A DNA stretch of 64,000 nucleotides from Bacteroidia bacterium (GTDB lineage: Bacteria > Bacteroidota > Bacteroidia > NS11-12g > UBA955): the NCBI GenBank assembly GCA_965655465.1, contig CBFHGY010000003.1, forward strand, positions 12,354 to 76,353. Reading direction: 5' to 3'. The translations under genes and the position numbers were made by a program. Shown in pieces: positions 40,837 to 49,769 of this stretch (position 1 is its first letter; the number at the start of each line of letters is the position of its first letter). The notes under the pieces are model-generated. The model was not told where the DNA came from and made no database searches. It saw only the letters and a program-made list of their open reading frames with translations.

Positions 40837-41262
40837 ATGAATGTATTTTTGCTTAAATCATTTCAAACCACAATCTTGAATCAACAAAATAACAATACAT
40901 GCCTCTTTTGCTACACAGATCGCGAAATACTCATTGAGAATGAGCTTGCCTTTGCGATTTTCGATAAATTTCCTGTTGTGGAAGGACATATTTTGATTAT
41001 TCCCAAAAGACACTTCGACAATTATTTTGAAATAACGCAAGCCGAACTAGAAGCGAACCATGCGATTATCCTTGAATTAAAACAACAATTACAAGAAAAA
41101 GACGCAAGTATTTCGGGGTTCAACATAGGAATAAACCAAGGCATCGATGCGGGTCAAACGGTTATGCATTGCCACATACATTTAATTCCCCGTCGATTGG
41201 GTGATGTTGCCGAACCACGCGGTGGCATCCGGCATTTAATACCAGGGAAGGGGTTTTATTGA
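40837..41262 (+). CDS. HIT (histidine triad) family nucleotide hydrolase/transferase
   Basis: Histidine triad HCHIHLIP. CxxC-like N-terminal zinc motif (CLFC). 141 aa. It is divergent from the PAPS-reductase-like gene across a 55-bp spacer. Confidence 0.75.
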   Translation: MNVFLLKSFQTTILNQQNNNTCLFCYTDREILIENELAFAIFDKFPVVEGHILIIPKRHFDNYFEITQAELEANHAIILELKQQLQEKDASISGFNIGINQGIDAGQTVMHCHIHLIPRRLGDVAEPRGGIRHLIPGKGFY

Positions 41263-41301
41263 GGGCTTGGACTTTCCAAAATTACCAACTTTCCCCTCAC
41301 G

Positions 41302-41616
41302 CTAAAGCCCATACCGCAGCCACTCGTAACCAGTCCGTGTCCACACGCGGAGGAGCTCCCGCTCTTGTTCGCTGAAATCCCCGTTGTTGAATCCTTCTAA
41401 ATCTGTAATGTCCATGTTAAAATCCCCCAATTCATCGATTTCCCAAGAAACCCAATCCGGATTTACATGTAATGTTCCTACACAGGGAAAGGACTTTCCC
41501 GCACGAATTAAATTTCCCATAATACAACGTTGCCCTCCATTACCCCCACGTATTTTTACAGGAGGTTTGGGAGGAGACACCTGTTTTTTGATACGTTTAG
41601 TAGTACTCACTTTCAT
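41302..41616 (-). CDS. Hypothetical small protein (104 aa). Strand assignment is uncertain, because an overlapping 103-aa ORF exists on the + strand at 41384..41695.
   Basis: ORF only. It has a basic N-terminus (KRIKKQVSPPKPPVKIRGGNGGQR). No assignable motif. Confidence 0.25.
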   Translation of the reverse strand: MKVSTTKRIKKQVSPPKPPVKIRGGNGGQRCIMGNLIRAGKSFPCVGTLHVNPDWVSWEIDELGDFNMDITDLEGFNNGDFSEQERELLRVWTRTGYEWLRYGL

Positions 41617-41901
41617 AATCCAATGGCAAAATCAATATGTGCAAAATAACCCCCGTTCCCCTATTCTTTCGGTTTTTTTAAATTCTCAAGAATAAAAAAA
41701 AACAACTCTTTTGGTAAATCCCAAACAAATCTGCTATTCAATAGCCGATTTATCTAGAACCTAAAACTTTTTAAATTGGATTCTTGGCAAGCCTATCGTT
41801 ATATATAGCTACTCGTTGCACAATACCCAGATTTGGAATGATTGCGTGCTAAGGGCCTTGTATACAAATAGAGAGCAAACTTAAATTCGTAAGTAAAAGT
41901 T

Positions 41902-42252
41902 TTATGTTCTGTCGTGTATAAACACCCACGTATTTCCCTCCAAAATTATGAAATGTGCAAGGGTTACCACACATTCGTGCTCTTCGATCATGGGTGATTT
42001 TCCAAAACGAGATTCAAATTCACGGTGAAGTGCCACCATACATACATTTTGAGCATTCACTCCAAAAGGTCCGGAGCGCAAATTTTTATTATACGTTTCC
42101 ACCAATTCCTCATTGGAATGAGTTTTCAGGGATTCGGCGAAATCGGCGAAAAGTTGTAGGTTATCGCCGTAAAGCGATGCGATGAAGGTTCGGATTTTCT
42201 GAGGACCTCTGCCTGAGTTTCCGATTTGTGGTTGAGAATGATTGTGATTCAT
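41902..42252 (-). CDS. Hypothetical small protein (116 aa)
   Basis: ORF only. It has the same orientation as the adjacent tRNA. Confidence 0.3.
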   Translation of the reverse strand: MNHNHSQPQIGNSGRGPQKIRTFIASLYGDNLQLFADFAESLKTHSNEELVETYNKNLRSGPFGVNAQNVCMVALHREFESRFGKSPMIEEHECVVTLAHFIILEGNTWVFIHDRT

Positions 42253-42518
42253 AGTGCTTTGTTTTTGACTTTAAGTCCCCATCATTTTGCCACCGTGGTA
42301 AGCTACCCGGTTGGAGCGAAGCCGAAGCGCCGCGTCTTGATGTACTGCAAATATAAAATCAAGTTATGACAATTTTAAAAAAGACATTCTCGAAATACTC
42401 CATTTCATCCATTCATGAATATATTTAGTCTAAAACCTGGATAGATCGCGTATAAAAAAATGCCAAGGTGAATTGTTAAGTGATCAAAAAAATTAAGTTA
42501 AATTACGGGGAGCAAAAA

Positions 42519-42543
42519 AAAAGCCTCGCGATTGCGAGGCTTC
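42519..42543 (-). terminator. Rho-independent terminator immediately 3' of tRNA-Phe
   Basis: The minus strand reads GCCTCGC-AATC-GCGAGGC followed by TTTTTTTT. Confidence 0.8.
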
Positions 42544-42619
42544 TGGTGGTATCGGACGGAATCGAACCGCCGACACAAGGATTTTCAGTCCTTTGCTCTA
42601 CCGACTGAGCTACGATACC
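42544..42619 (-). tRNA. tRNA-Phe (anticodon GAA), 76 nt with an encoded CCA
   Basis: The minus-strand sequence folds as a cloverleaf: GGTATCGTAGCTCAGTCGGTAGAGCAAAGGACTGAAAATCCTTGTGTCGGCGGTTCGATTCCGTCCGATACCACCA. It has an acceptor stem GGTATCG/CGATACC and a GTTCGATTC T-arm. The anticodon loop is CTGAAAA with GAA at positions 34-36. Confidence 0.9.
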
Positions 42620-42877
42620 TTTTCAGAACTTCCTAATAGCACTTGCGTTTTATTAGGGAGTGCAAAAATACGCATTTTATTGACTCATCCAAGCCCACAA
42701 AAACATTTTTTTGAAAAAATCTCAAAATGACTCCTTTTTGACTTCCTCAAGGCCGGTTTTGAACGAAAATTCGCCTATGTGACATAAAAGTACACTTTTA
42801 AGATAAATTTAGGGTTCATTTCTACGAGAAAAAAATTGCAATCTCAATTTTGGTCTTATTTTTGATTATCAGAAATT

Positions 42878-45718
42878 ATGAAAGCATTAAACATCAAAAA
42901 GTACTTATTAATCGGAATGATTTTAGGACTTGGATGGAACTTTAATTTATATGCACAAACGATTACCAGCGTATCGTTACAAGGAGCTAAGCCTACAGGA
43001 ACCAATACATGGGATGTTGATTACATAAATGGAGCAAATTCTATTATTGAAAAAGAAGTTTCCATAGGTTATTCGAATCATACGAATAATGGAAATGGTA
43101 ATGGAAAAGATTATTTTTATTACACACAATCAGGAACAAGCCTTTGTTGGGAAGTATTACAAGGAGGTTCAGGCTCAAACTCATGGAAAACATTGCCATT
43201 TTGTGAATCAGCCAATGGTGGATTAAACAATGATCCGACACAAGGAACACATATAACTTATTTCCGGTATAACTCTGGTAAAACTGGTTGTGCTACCACA
43301 GGTACTTTCACAGAAACGTTGTCCATTGGATGGTCAACAGTAAGCGGAAGTTCTTGCTCTGGATTTAAAACGGGTACCACACCGTTAGAATTAGAGGTAA
43401 CTGTACAGGTTGTAACCGACAATCTTTACACTTGGTCAGAACCAACATCGGGAACAGACAGCTCGTATAAAATTGCTGGCAACTGGACCCCTACTCGAAC
43501 CTCTCCTAGTACAGACGATATTTTAGTTGTAGACTTAGCACAAGGTTCCAATCGAAACACGACGATTTACATGGACGGTGTATCTGATCAAATAAATCAA
43601 TTTAAAATATTTCCGAATAATTATGTCACCTTTAAATGCTCTACCAGCACCAACACGGGTAATTGGACCACAGGGAATGTCACATCTTCTGACGGCGACG
43701 ATTTTGTTTTAGATTCCCTAGCTGGGATGCGCTTTGACGCAGGAACACTTAACTTGAATATACCCTCAGGCAATACGGCTATGTTCAAGTCTGACCTTAA
43801 CGTGGCTGGAGGCACCTTAAATATTAATGGACCTGGATCCATCACCCACAGAAAAAACATCAACACAACAGGTGGAGCATTGAATTACAAATCTTCAGCT
43901 ACCACTACGCTTAATCTAGCTGGTAAAGACACCAAACTATCGGGTACCGGGGGTTCATTGTATATCGATTCCACCGTAAATGTGGTTATTGGAAACGGCG
44001 CGACATCGAGCTACACGCTTGAAAGAATACTTCCTATAATTTCTAATCTTTCACTTAAATCGGGTACAACCCTATATTCTAATGCTCCTACTTCTTACAC
44101 ATCGGTAAGTGCTATTAATGCATGGACGCCCTTTTTACAATTAAAGGCAACCCCTAAACCTAACTCTACAGCCCACGGTCAAATTGTAGAGATATTGGGG
44201 AATGCCACTATCGATGGTGGCGCACAATTTGAGATTTATAACAACAAACAACGTGCTTACAGAGCTTTTGGTATTCCTTTAAAAAATGGAACACTAATTC
44301 CACAATTTACAGATGATATTGTCGTAACCGGTACCGTTACTGGAAGCAATGCCAATGATTTCACTACCACCTGTTCCTACTGCACGCATTCCATGTTCCA
44401 GTGGAACGAAAGCACCAGTTCATGGACGCCATATGCTTCAGGCAATGATCTCACGAATATTCCTTTGGGAACTGGAATCCTTACCTTCTTCAGAGGTGCT
44501 ATTGGAAACGGATTGGGTGATACATCCGCATCAGCTAACGAACAAATCATCGACTTTAAAGGTGAACTTACCGTAGGGAGGCCCAGTATTGTACTCAACA
44601 ACGGTGGAACTGGAGCCTTAAAAGGCTATAATTTAATAGGCAACCCCTACCCCTCTGCCATTGACTTACGATTAGTTTATGAATCTAATAAGTCCAAAAT
44701 TTTACCCAGATTCTATTTCTACGATGCCATTGCCCGCAGATACAACGAGTGGGATAGTGTAACAAGCAACGGAAATTCTACGACGCCCAAGAAAAACGGA
44801 ACTACCAAATTCCAAAATCCTGGAAATAGTGTAAAAAAAGAAGCCCGAATATTAGATGCCGGTGGAGCCGTATTCGTTGTGGTAAGCTCCAATAACGCCA
44901 CAGAAACCATAACCTTCAACGAGTCACATAAAGAGCGTAGCTTACGCTCAGCAACCAAACATTTTTCAAGCGGTGTTCAAGAAGAAAATACCGTACCATG
45001 CAACGAATTGAAAGGAATGTTGCAATACCAAAAAACCGACTCCTTTCCTGAAAACGATGGTTTTACCCTAGAATTTGATATCGAAGATGGCAATCCCAAA
45101 GGCGATATCATGGATATGAATAAGTTGTATGCAGGATACTTAGGACTAGGTACCTTAACTTCTAACGACTATTGGTTATCTATAGACCGCCGCAATAAAA
45201 TTGCAGAAATTGGAGAAACCAAATCTATTCCTTTAAAGGTAGCCTATCCCAAGGAAAGTCCTGCAGCCGTGGAATTGGTGTTTCAAACTTGCGATGAGAC
45301 TAACAAATCTTACGATATTCAATTATTCGATAAATTAACTCAAAAGGCCCATCCCGTGAATAACGGCAGTGTATATCCATTTACAGCTCAAACCGCTGAA
45401 GAGAAAAAACCGGATCGCTTTGAATTGCTCTTTACCGGTATTGAAAAACAGAATAATATTTCAAGTCAACACGTAAATCCCATCGCTGTTTTCCCAAATC
45501 CTTCAGAAAATGGTGTGTTTTATGTTCTTAACAAAGAACAAAACACAAAAACAGCTTACGAAGTATTCGAACTGAATGGTCAAGTTATCACCAAAGGCAC
45601 CTTGGAGTCTAGCAATCAAGTAAATACCATAAATCTAAGCGATGCTCCCAAAGGCATCTATATAATCAAATTCACTTCAAACAATCAAACTTCAACTCAA
45701 AAAGTACAACTTTATTAA
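42878..45718 (+). CDS. Large secreted T9SS cargo protein (946 aa), tandem paralog A
   Basis: Signal peptide (LLIGMILGLGWNFNLYAQ). The passenger region is Thr/Ser/Gly/Asn-rich. The C-terminal Por sorting domain is FPNPSENGVFYV...KGIYIIKFTSNNQTSTQKVQLY. Confidence 0.7.
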   Translation: MKALNIKKYLLIGMILGLGWNFNLYAQTITSVSLQGAKPTGTNTWDVDYINGANSIIEKEVSIGYSNHTNNGNGNGKDYFYYTQSGTSLCWEVLQGGSGSNSWKTLPFCESANGGLNNDPTQGTHITYFRYNSGKTGCATTGTFTETLSIGWSTVSGSSCSGFKTGTTPLELEVTVQVVTDNLYTWSEPTSGTDSSYKIAGNWTPTRTSPSTDDILVVDLAQGSNRNTTIYMDGVSDQINQFKIFPNNYVTFKCSTSTNTGNWTTGNVTSSDGDDFVLDSLAGMRFDAGTLNLNIPSGNTAMFKSDLNVAGGTLNINGPGSITHRKNINTTGGALNYKSSATTTLNLAGKDTKLSGTGGSLYIDSTVNVVIGNGATSSYTLERILPIISNLSLKSGTTLYSNAPTSYTSVSAINAWTPFLQLKATPKPNSTAHGQIVEILGNATIDGGAQFEIYNNKQRAYRAFGIPLKNGTLIPQFTDDIVVTGTVTGSNANDFTTTCSYCTHSMFQWNESTSSWTPYASGNDLTNIPLGTGILTFFRGAIGNGLGDTSASANEQIIDFKGELTVGRPSIVLNNGGTGALKGYNLIGNPYPSAIDLRLVYESNKSKILPRFYFYDAIARRYNEWDSVTSNGNSTTPKKNGTTKFQNPGNSVKKEARILDAGGAVFVVVSSNNATETITFNESHKERSLRSATKHFSSGVQEENTVPCNELKGMLQYQKTDSFPENDGFTLEFDIEDGNPKGDIMDMNKLYAGYLGLGTLTSNDYWLSIDRRNKIAEIGETKSIPLKVAYPKESPAAVELVFQTCDETNKSYDIQLFDKLTQKAHPVNNGSVYPFTAQTAEEKKPDRFELLFTGIEKQNNISSQHVNPIAVFPNPSENGVFYVLNKEQNTKTAYEVFELNGQVITKGTLESSNQVNTINLSDAPKGIYIIKFTSNNQTSTQKVQLY

Positions 45719-45721
45719 TAA

Positions 45722-48478
45722 ATGAAAAACTCTTGGCTATTATTATTCATCTTCTTCCAAATTTCCATTGTCAAAGCGCAATCCATTACAGGAATTATTG
45801 CTCAAGGAGCAAGCGCTACTAGCACCAACGGTGTTTGGAGCCTTGAATGGGATGATAATGAAGATACTACCTCTAAAATAGTTAAAGAAATAACCCTTAC
45901 GCTTTCTGGAAGCACAAACGGTAAGAAGTTAATTTTTGATGCCAGTAATGCGAGCGCCGATTGGCAAATCCAATTTGGCAGTAGAAATTCCAAAGCCTGG
46001 AAAACCTTTTGTCAGGAAACTCCAGGCTTAGGAAGTAACAAAACGGATTACACCTTCTCGATAAGAGATTTAAGCACATCTTTAGGCACACATACGAATA
46101 CAATATATGTCGGATTTGGAAACAATTGTAATAACGGATTTACTCCGCTTGTAACTATTAACATTTCGGTAAATGTAACCGACAAAAAGGTATACACTTG
46201 GGAAGGCCGAAGCGGTATAGATTCTTTTTATGATACTGACGAAAACTGGTACCCGGTAAGAACAAATCCCAATGTCAATGATATTCTTGTAGTGGACCTC
46301 GGCTCATCAACGAATAAAGTGAATACAACCATAGATATTTCTGGAGTAAGCGAAAATATTGGACAATTTAAAATCTACCCCTATAATCATGTTGATTTCA
46401 AATGCACCACGGATGCCAATTGGACTGTAGGTAGACCTTCCTCATTGAGTGGAGTAGATTTTAATGTTTCCTTAAATTCCGACATTCGTAAAACCGGTGC
46501 CGGTGAACTTGAAATTATTGTACCCGCTAATAATTCTTTAGATATCGATGGCAGCATTACCACCCTTGCTGGAGATTTATTATTCTCAGGTGCTGGTACC
46601 CATAATATTTCAGGTAATATAAATACCCTTGGCGGTTTGCTCAATTTCACCCCCAGTAGTGGTACAAATACCTTATATTTAGATGGCAGCAAACAAGTTC
46701 TTTCGGGAAACAGTTATGTGAGTGGAACTCCTACCTTATACATCGATACCAATTTCAACGTTACCGTTGGTACTGCCTCTACTAGTCCCGTTGATACACT
46801 AACATTACAACGCACACTTCCGATTTATTCGGTAGTTACCCTAAGTCCTGGAACTCGCATTATTTCCAATAATCCTGCTTCAAGTTCTGAATCAGATTGG
46901 AATGCCTGGGAACCCTATTTCCAGTTAAAAGCCCCTCAATTTAACCAAGCGGTTAAACGCGGACAATTGAACGTGGTTCCCACTAGTTCAGAAATTGTTG
47001 GGGGAAGCTTATTCGAAATTTATGGAACCAATGTTAGAGCTTATCGCATGATTGGCCTCCCCTTCGCAAATGGGGTGCACCTTTCTCAATTTTCAGATGA
47101 CATAGATCTAACCGGTACCTTAAATGGCACTACCAATAAAGATTCCTTTGAAACCAGTTGCAGCGTATGCAAAACTTCCGCATTTTATTGGAATGAATCA
47201 TCAGGCTCTTGGAATGCCTATGTTTCTGGCGCTACTGCAAATATTTTACCTAAAGGAAATGGAAGTTTGATTTTCTTTAGAGGTCGGAAATCCAATGGTT
47301 TGGGAGATACCGGTGCTACTGCTAACGAGGGCATTATTGATTTCAAAGGCAAGTTACAGGTGGGCAATTATACGCATACCCTCACGAAATCATCCGGTTC
47401 TGGTGCTTTAACAGGCTTTAATTTAGTAGCAAATCCATACCCATCGAATATTACCTTTGACGAAGTCTACTCCAAACACAAAGGAAGGGTAAAACCAAGA
47501 TATAGAACTTACGATGCACGCCGTAAAACCTATAATATCTGGGATTCAACCGTTCAGAACAGTCCTGGTAAATCTGGAGCCCGAAAATTTGCAAGTTCAA
47601 GCAACCAACAAGCCAAAATCATTGCCGCTGGAGCTGCATTTTTTATTGAAGCTGAGGCCAATAATGAAACAATTTCATTTACCGAAAGCATGAAAACTCC
47701 GTTTACTGAAGCTACAACCGCTCAACATGGAGTGCAAGAACTAAACGAAACCCCCTGCAATCATTTATTGGTGAATTTAGCATACCGCAGCGATACCCTT
47801 TTCGACTCCGACAATGTTACCATTCAATTTGATATTGAAAACCCCACCGTAACTCACAATGCTACAGAAACAGACGTAGTAGAGTTTTATGCGGGATACC
47901 TAGGTATCGGAACGCTATCTCCAGAAGGAACCTGGCTCACCATAGACCGCAGACCTAAAATGGCCGAAATCAATGAAAGTTATACCTTACCGCTTAAAAC
48001 CGTTTATCCTAAAGATGCCCTAAAACAAATGGTAATGGATTTCAATTATTGTACTGAAGAACAATCCAATTATCAGATTTTATTAATCGACAAAGTAAAG
48101 AATACAAGTACCGAAGTAAAGGATCTTATGAGTTATTCTTTTGAGATTTCAAGTTCTGAAGAAAAGCGTGACAATCGTTTTGAACTATTATTTACTGGAA
48201 TAGAAAAACAAAATTCAACGGAGAATCTATCACATACATCATTAAGCATTTTCCCAAATCCTTCAGATAACGGAGAATTCTTTATCGCCAATCCCCAAAA
48301 TCATGCTATAAATACCCTACAAATTCTAGATCAAAGCGGTAAAATCGTTCTGGAATCATCGATTGAATCAAAACAAAGTCTTATCCATATGAACATCGAA
48401 ACCTTAAAGTCGGGTTGGTATATTCTGCGTATAAATAGCCTTACAAACAGTGAAAACCACCCCATAATCATCAAATAA
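45722..48478 (+). CDS. Large secreted T9SS cargo protein (918 aa), tandem paralog B
   Basis: Signal peptide (LLLFIFFQISIVKAQ). Blocks are shared with paralog A (YTWxxxSGxDSxY..NWxPxRTxP..DILVVDL, QFKI(F/Y)P, ELLFTGIEKQN). The C-terminal Por sorting domain is FPNPSDNGEFFI...SGWYILRINS. Confidence 0.7.
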   Translation: MKNSWLLLFIFFQISIVKAQSITGIIAQGASATSTNGVWSLEWDDNEDTTSKIVKEITLTLSGSTNGKKLIFDASNASADWQIQFGSRNSKAWKTFCQETPGLGSNKTDYTFSIRDLSTSLGTHTNTIYVGFGNNCNNGFTPLVTINISVNVTDKKVYTWEGRSGIDSFYDTDENWYPVRTNPNVNDILVVDLGSSTNKVNTTIDISGVSENIGQFKIYPYNHVDFKCTTDANWTVGRPSSLSGVDFNVSLNSDIRKTGAGELEIIVPANNSLDIDGSITTLAGDLLFSGAGTHNISGNINTLGGLLNFTPSSGTNTLYLDGSKQVLSGNSYVSGTPTLYIDTNFNVTVGTASTSPVDTLTLQRTLPIYSVVTLSPGTRIISNNPASSSESDWNAWEPYFQLKAPQFNQAVKRGQLNVVPTSSEIVGGSLFEIYGTNVRAYRMIGLPFANGVHLSQFSDDIDLTGTLNGTTNKDSFETSCSVCKTSAFYWNESSGSWNAYVSGATANILPKGNGSLIFFRGRKSNGLGDTGATANEGIIDFKGKLQVGNYTHTLTKSSGSGALTGFNLVANPYPSNITFDEVYSKHKGRVKPRYRTYDARRKTYNIWDSTVQNSPGKSGARKFASSSNQQAKIIAAGAAFFIEAEANNETISFTESMKTPFTEATTAQHGVQELNETPCNHLLVNLAYRSDTLFDSDNVTIQFDIENPTVTHNATETDVVEFYAGYLGIGTLSPEGTWLTIDRRPKMAEINESYTLPLKTVYPKDALKQMVMDFNYCTEEQSNYQILLIDKVKNTSTEVKDLMSYSFEISSSEEKRDNRFELLFTGIEKQNSTENLSHTSLSIFPNPSDNGEFFIANPQNHAINTLQILDQSGKIVLESSIESKQSLIHMNIETLKSGWYILRINSLTNSENHPIIIK

Positions 48479-48602
48479 CACAAAATAATACACTAAATTT
48501 CAGCAAAAAAATTAAAACTATGCACAAAACACTTGTTTAGACAACGCACATTTGTATTTTTGTATAGAATTATAATCATCGAAAAAAATAAAAAGAAATC
48601 AT

Positions 48603-48782
48603 ATGAAAAACATTCTTCGCACCTTAGCCCTAATAGCTGCCGTAGTTGCAACTAAAACAGTTCTTGCTCAGGGCATTCCTGACGATCCAGACATTGCTGT
48701 TCCTGTAGATGGAGGAATCTTTACAGTTGTAGGATCAGCCGTTGCTTATGGCGTTTACCGGTTGAAAAACAAAAACAAGTAA
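48603..48782 (+). CDS. 59-aa mini-protein with a signal peptide plus a PEP-CTERM-like tripartite C-terminus
   Basis: My own translation, since the ORF is below the track's 60-aa threshold: MKNILRTLALIAAVVATKTVLAQGIPDDPDIAVPVDGGIFTVVGSAVAYGVYRLKNKNK. A strong terminator follows 25 nt downstream. Confidence 0.45.
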   Translation: MKNILRTLALIAAVVATKTVLAQGIPDDPDIAVPVDGGIFTVVGSAVAYGVYRLKNKNK

Positions 48783-48807
48783 ATTACCCAAGTAAAAGTT
48801 TATATGT

Positions 48808-48834
48808 GAGGCCGCTTTAGCGGCCTCTTTTTTT
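48808..48834 (+). terminator. Rho-independent terminator
   Basis: GAGGCCGC-TTTA-GCGGCCTC followed by TTTTTTT. Confidence 0.85.
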
Positions 48835-49010
48835 GCACTCCTGTAAGACACAAAGCCGCCTAAGGTTTACCAAATTGTGCAATTAAAGTTTGAGGAATTT
48901 CCTTTTAGATAATCCAATAATTCGAGTGTGTAGAACCCCTTAATAAACTGTAAATCAGCTCATCCGGACTTCTATACTCGGATAATACAAAAATTGTATA
49001 TCTTGCGAAA

Positions 49011-49745
49011 ATGAATCGCAACGCCCTGCATGATACCATCGCAATTGGAGATCCCCTTTGGATTGCCATGAATTTAGGACTCGTATTTGCTGCTCTCATT
49101 GTTTTCATTATTAGTAATAAAGCCAGCGAACAACGCCTAACCTATATTGCCTATATAATAGCCTTCATCATAGGGATCAATTTTATTGGGGAACAATTAG
49201 AAGCATGGTACCACGGAATTTGGCGCATTGATACCTATTTGCCTTTGCACTTATGTTCGCTTTCTACCTTCCTTTCTGTGTATTTTCTTATTTCCCGAAA
49301 ACAATGGACATACGAATTTCTTATTTACTGGAGTGCCGGAGCCATTCACGCCTTTATAACCCCTGAAATCACCAATGGACTTACCCCCTATCATTTGGTA
49401 GAATTCAGTATTTCCCATGGGGGGATCATCATAGCCGCACTGTATGGAAGTCTAAGAATGGGTTTTAAACCACGTGCGTATTCATGGCTAAAAGTATTTG
49501 GGTATACCCAACTGGTTTTACCTATTATAGGCATTATTAACTATTACTTAGATTCGAATTACATGTATATTGCTCAAAAACCAGAAGCTAATAACCCAAT
49601 GATTATTGGAGAGTGGCCTTGGTATATCATCGGACTCGAATTTGTAGTTCTTTTGCATTTTATCGCCTTCTTTTGGATTCATAGCCGAGTGGCTTCAGTC
49701 CGTTGGGAAATGCCCAAAACCGAAAAAGACCCTACACTCGTTTAA
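49011..49745 (+). CDS. Hypothetical integral membrane protein (244 aa, about 7 TM)
   Basis: Multiple hydrophobic helices. No catalytic motif recognised. Confidence 0.5.
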   Translation: MNRNALHDTIAIGDPLWIAMNLGLVFAALIVFIISNKASEQRLTYIAYIIAFIIGINFIGEQLEAWYHGIWRIDTYLPLHLCSLSTFLSVYFLISRKQWTYEFLIYWSAGAIHAFITPEITNGLTPYHLVEFSISHGGIIIAALYGSLRMGFKPRAYSWLKVFGYTQLVLPIIGIINYYLDSNYMYIAQKPEANNPMIIGEWPWYIIGLEFVVLLHFIAFFWIHSRVASVRWEMPKTEKDPTLV

Positions 49746-49769
49746 TTTTTAGATTTAAAAATACGGATG

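Noticed and set aside
41384-41695. 103-aa plus-strand ORF overlapping the 104-aa minus-strand ORF.
   Set aside because: I cannot discriminate between the two strands from sequence alone. I listed the minus-strand one, which is co-oriented with the neighbouring gene and tRNA, at low confidence. Either may be non-coding.
37650-42880. Integrase, transposase or other mobility gene, or an obvious attachment-site direct repeat, flanking the tRNA-Phe-adjacent segment.
   Set aside because: None of the ORFs has recombinase motifs (no R..H..R..Y tyrosine-recombinase pattern, no DDE transposase pattern). I could not spot a copy of the tRNA 3' end by eye. The island interpretation therefore remains a hypothesis rather than a call.
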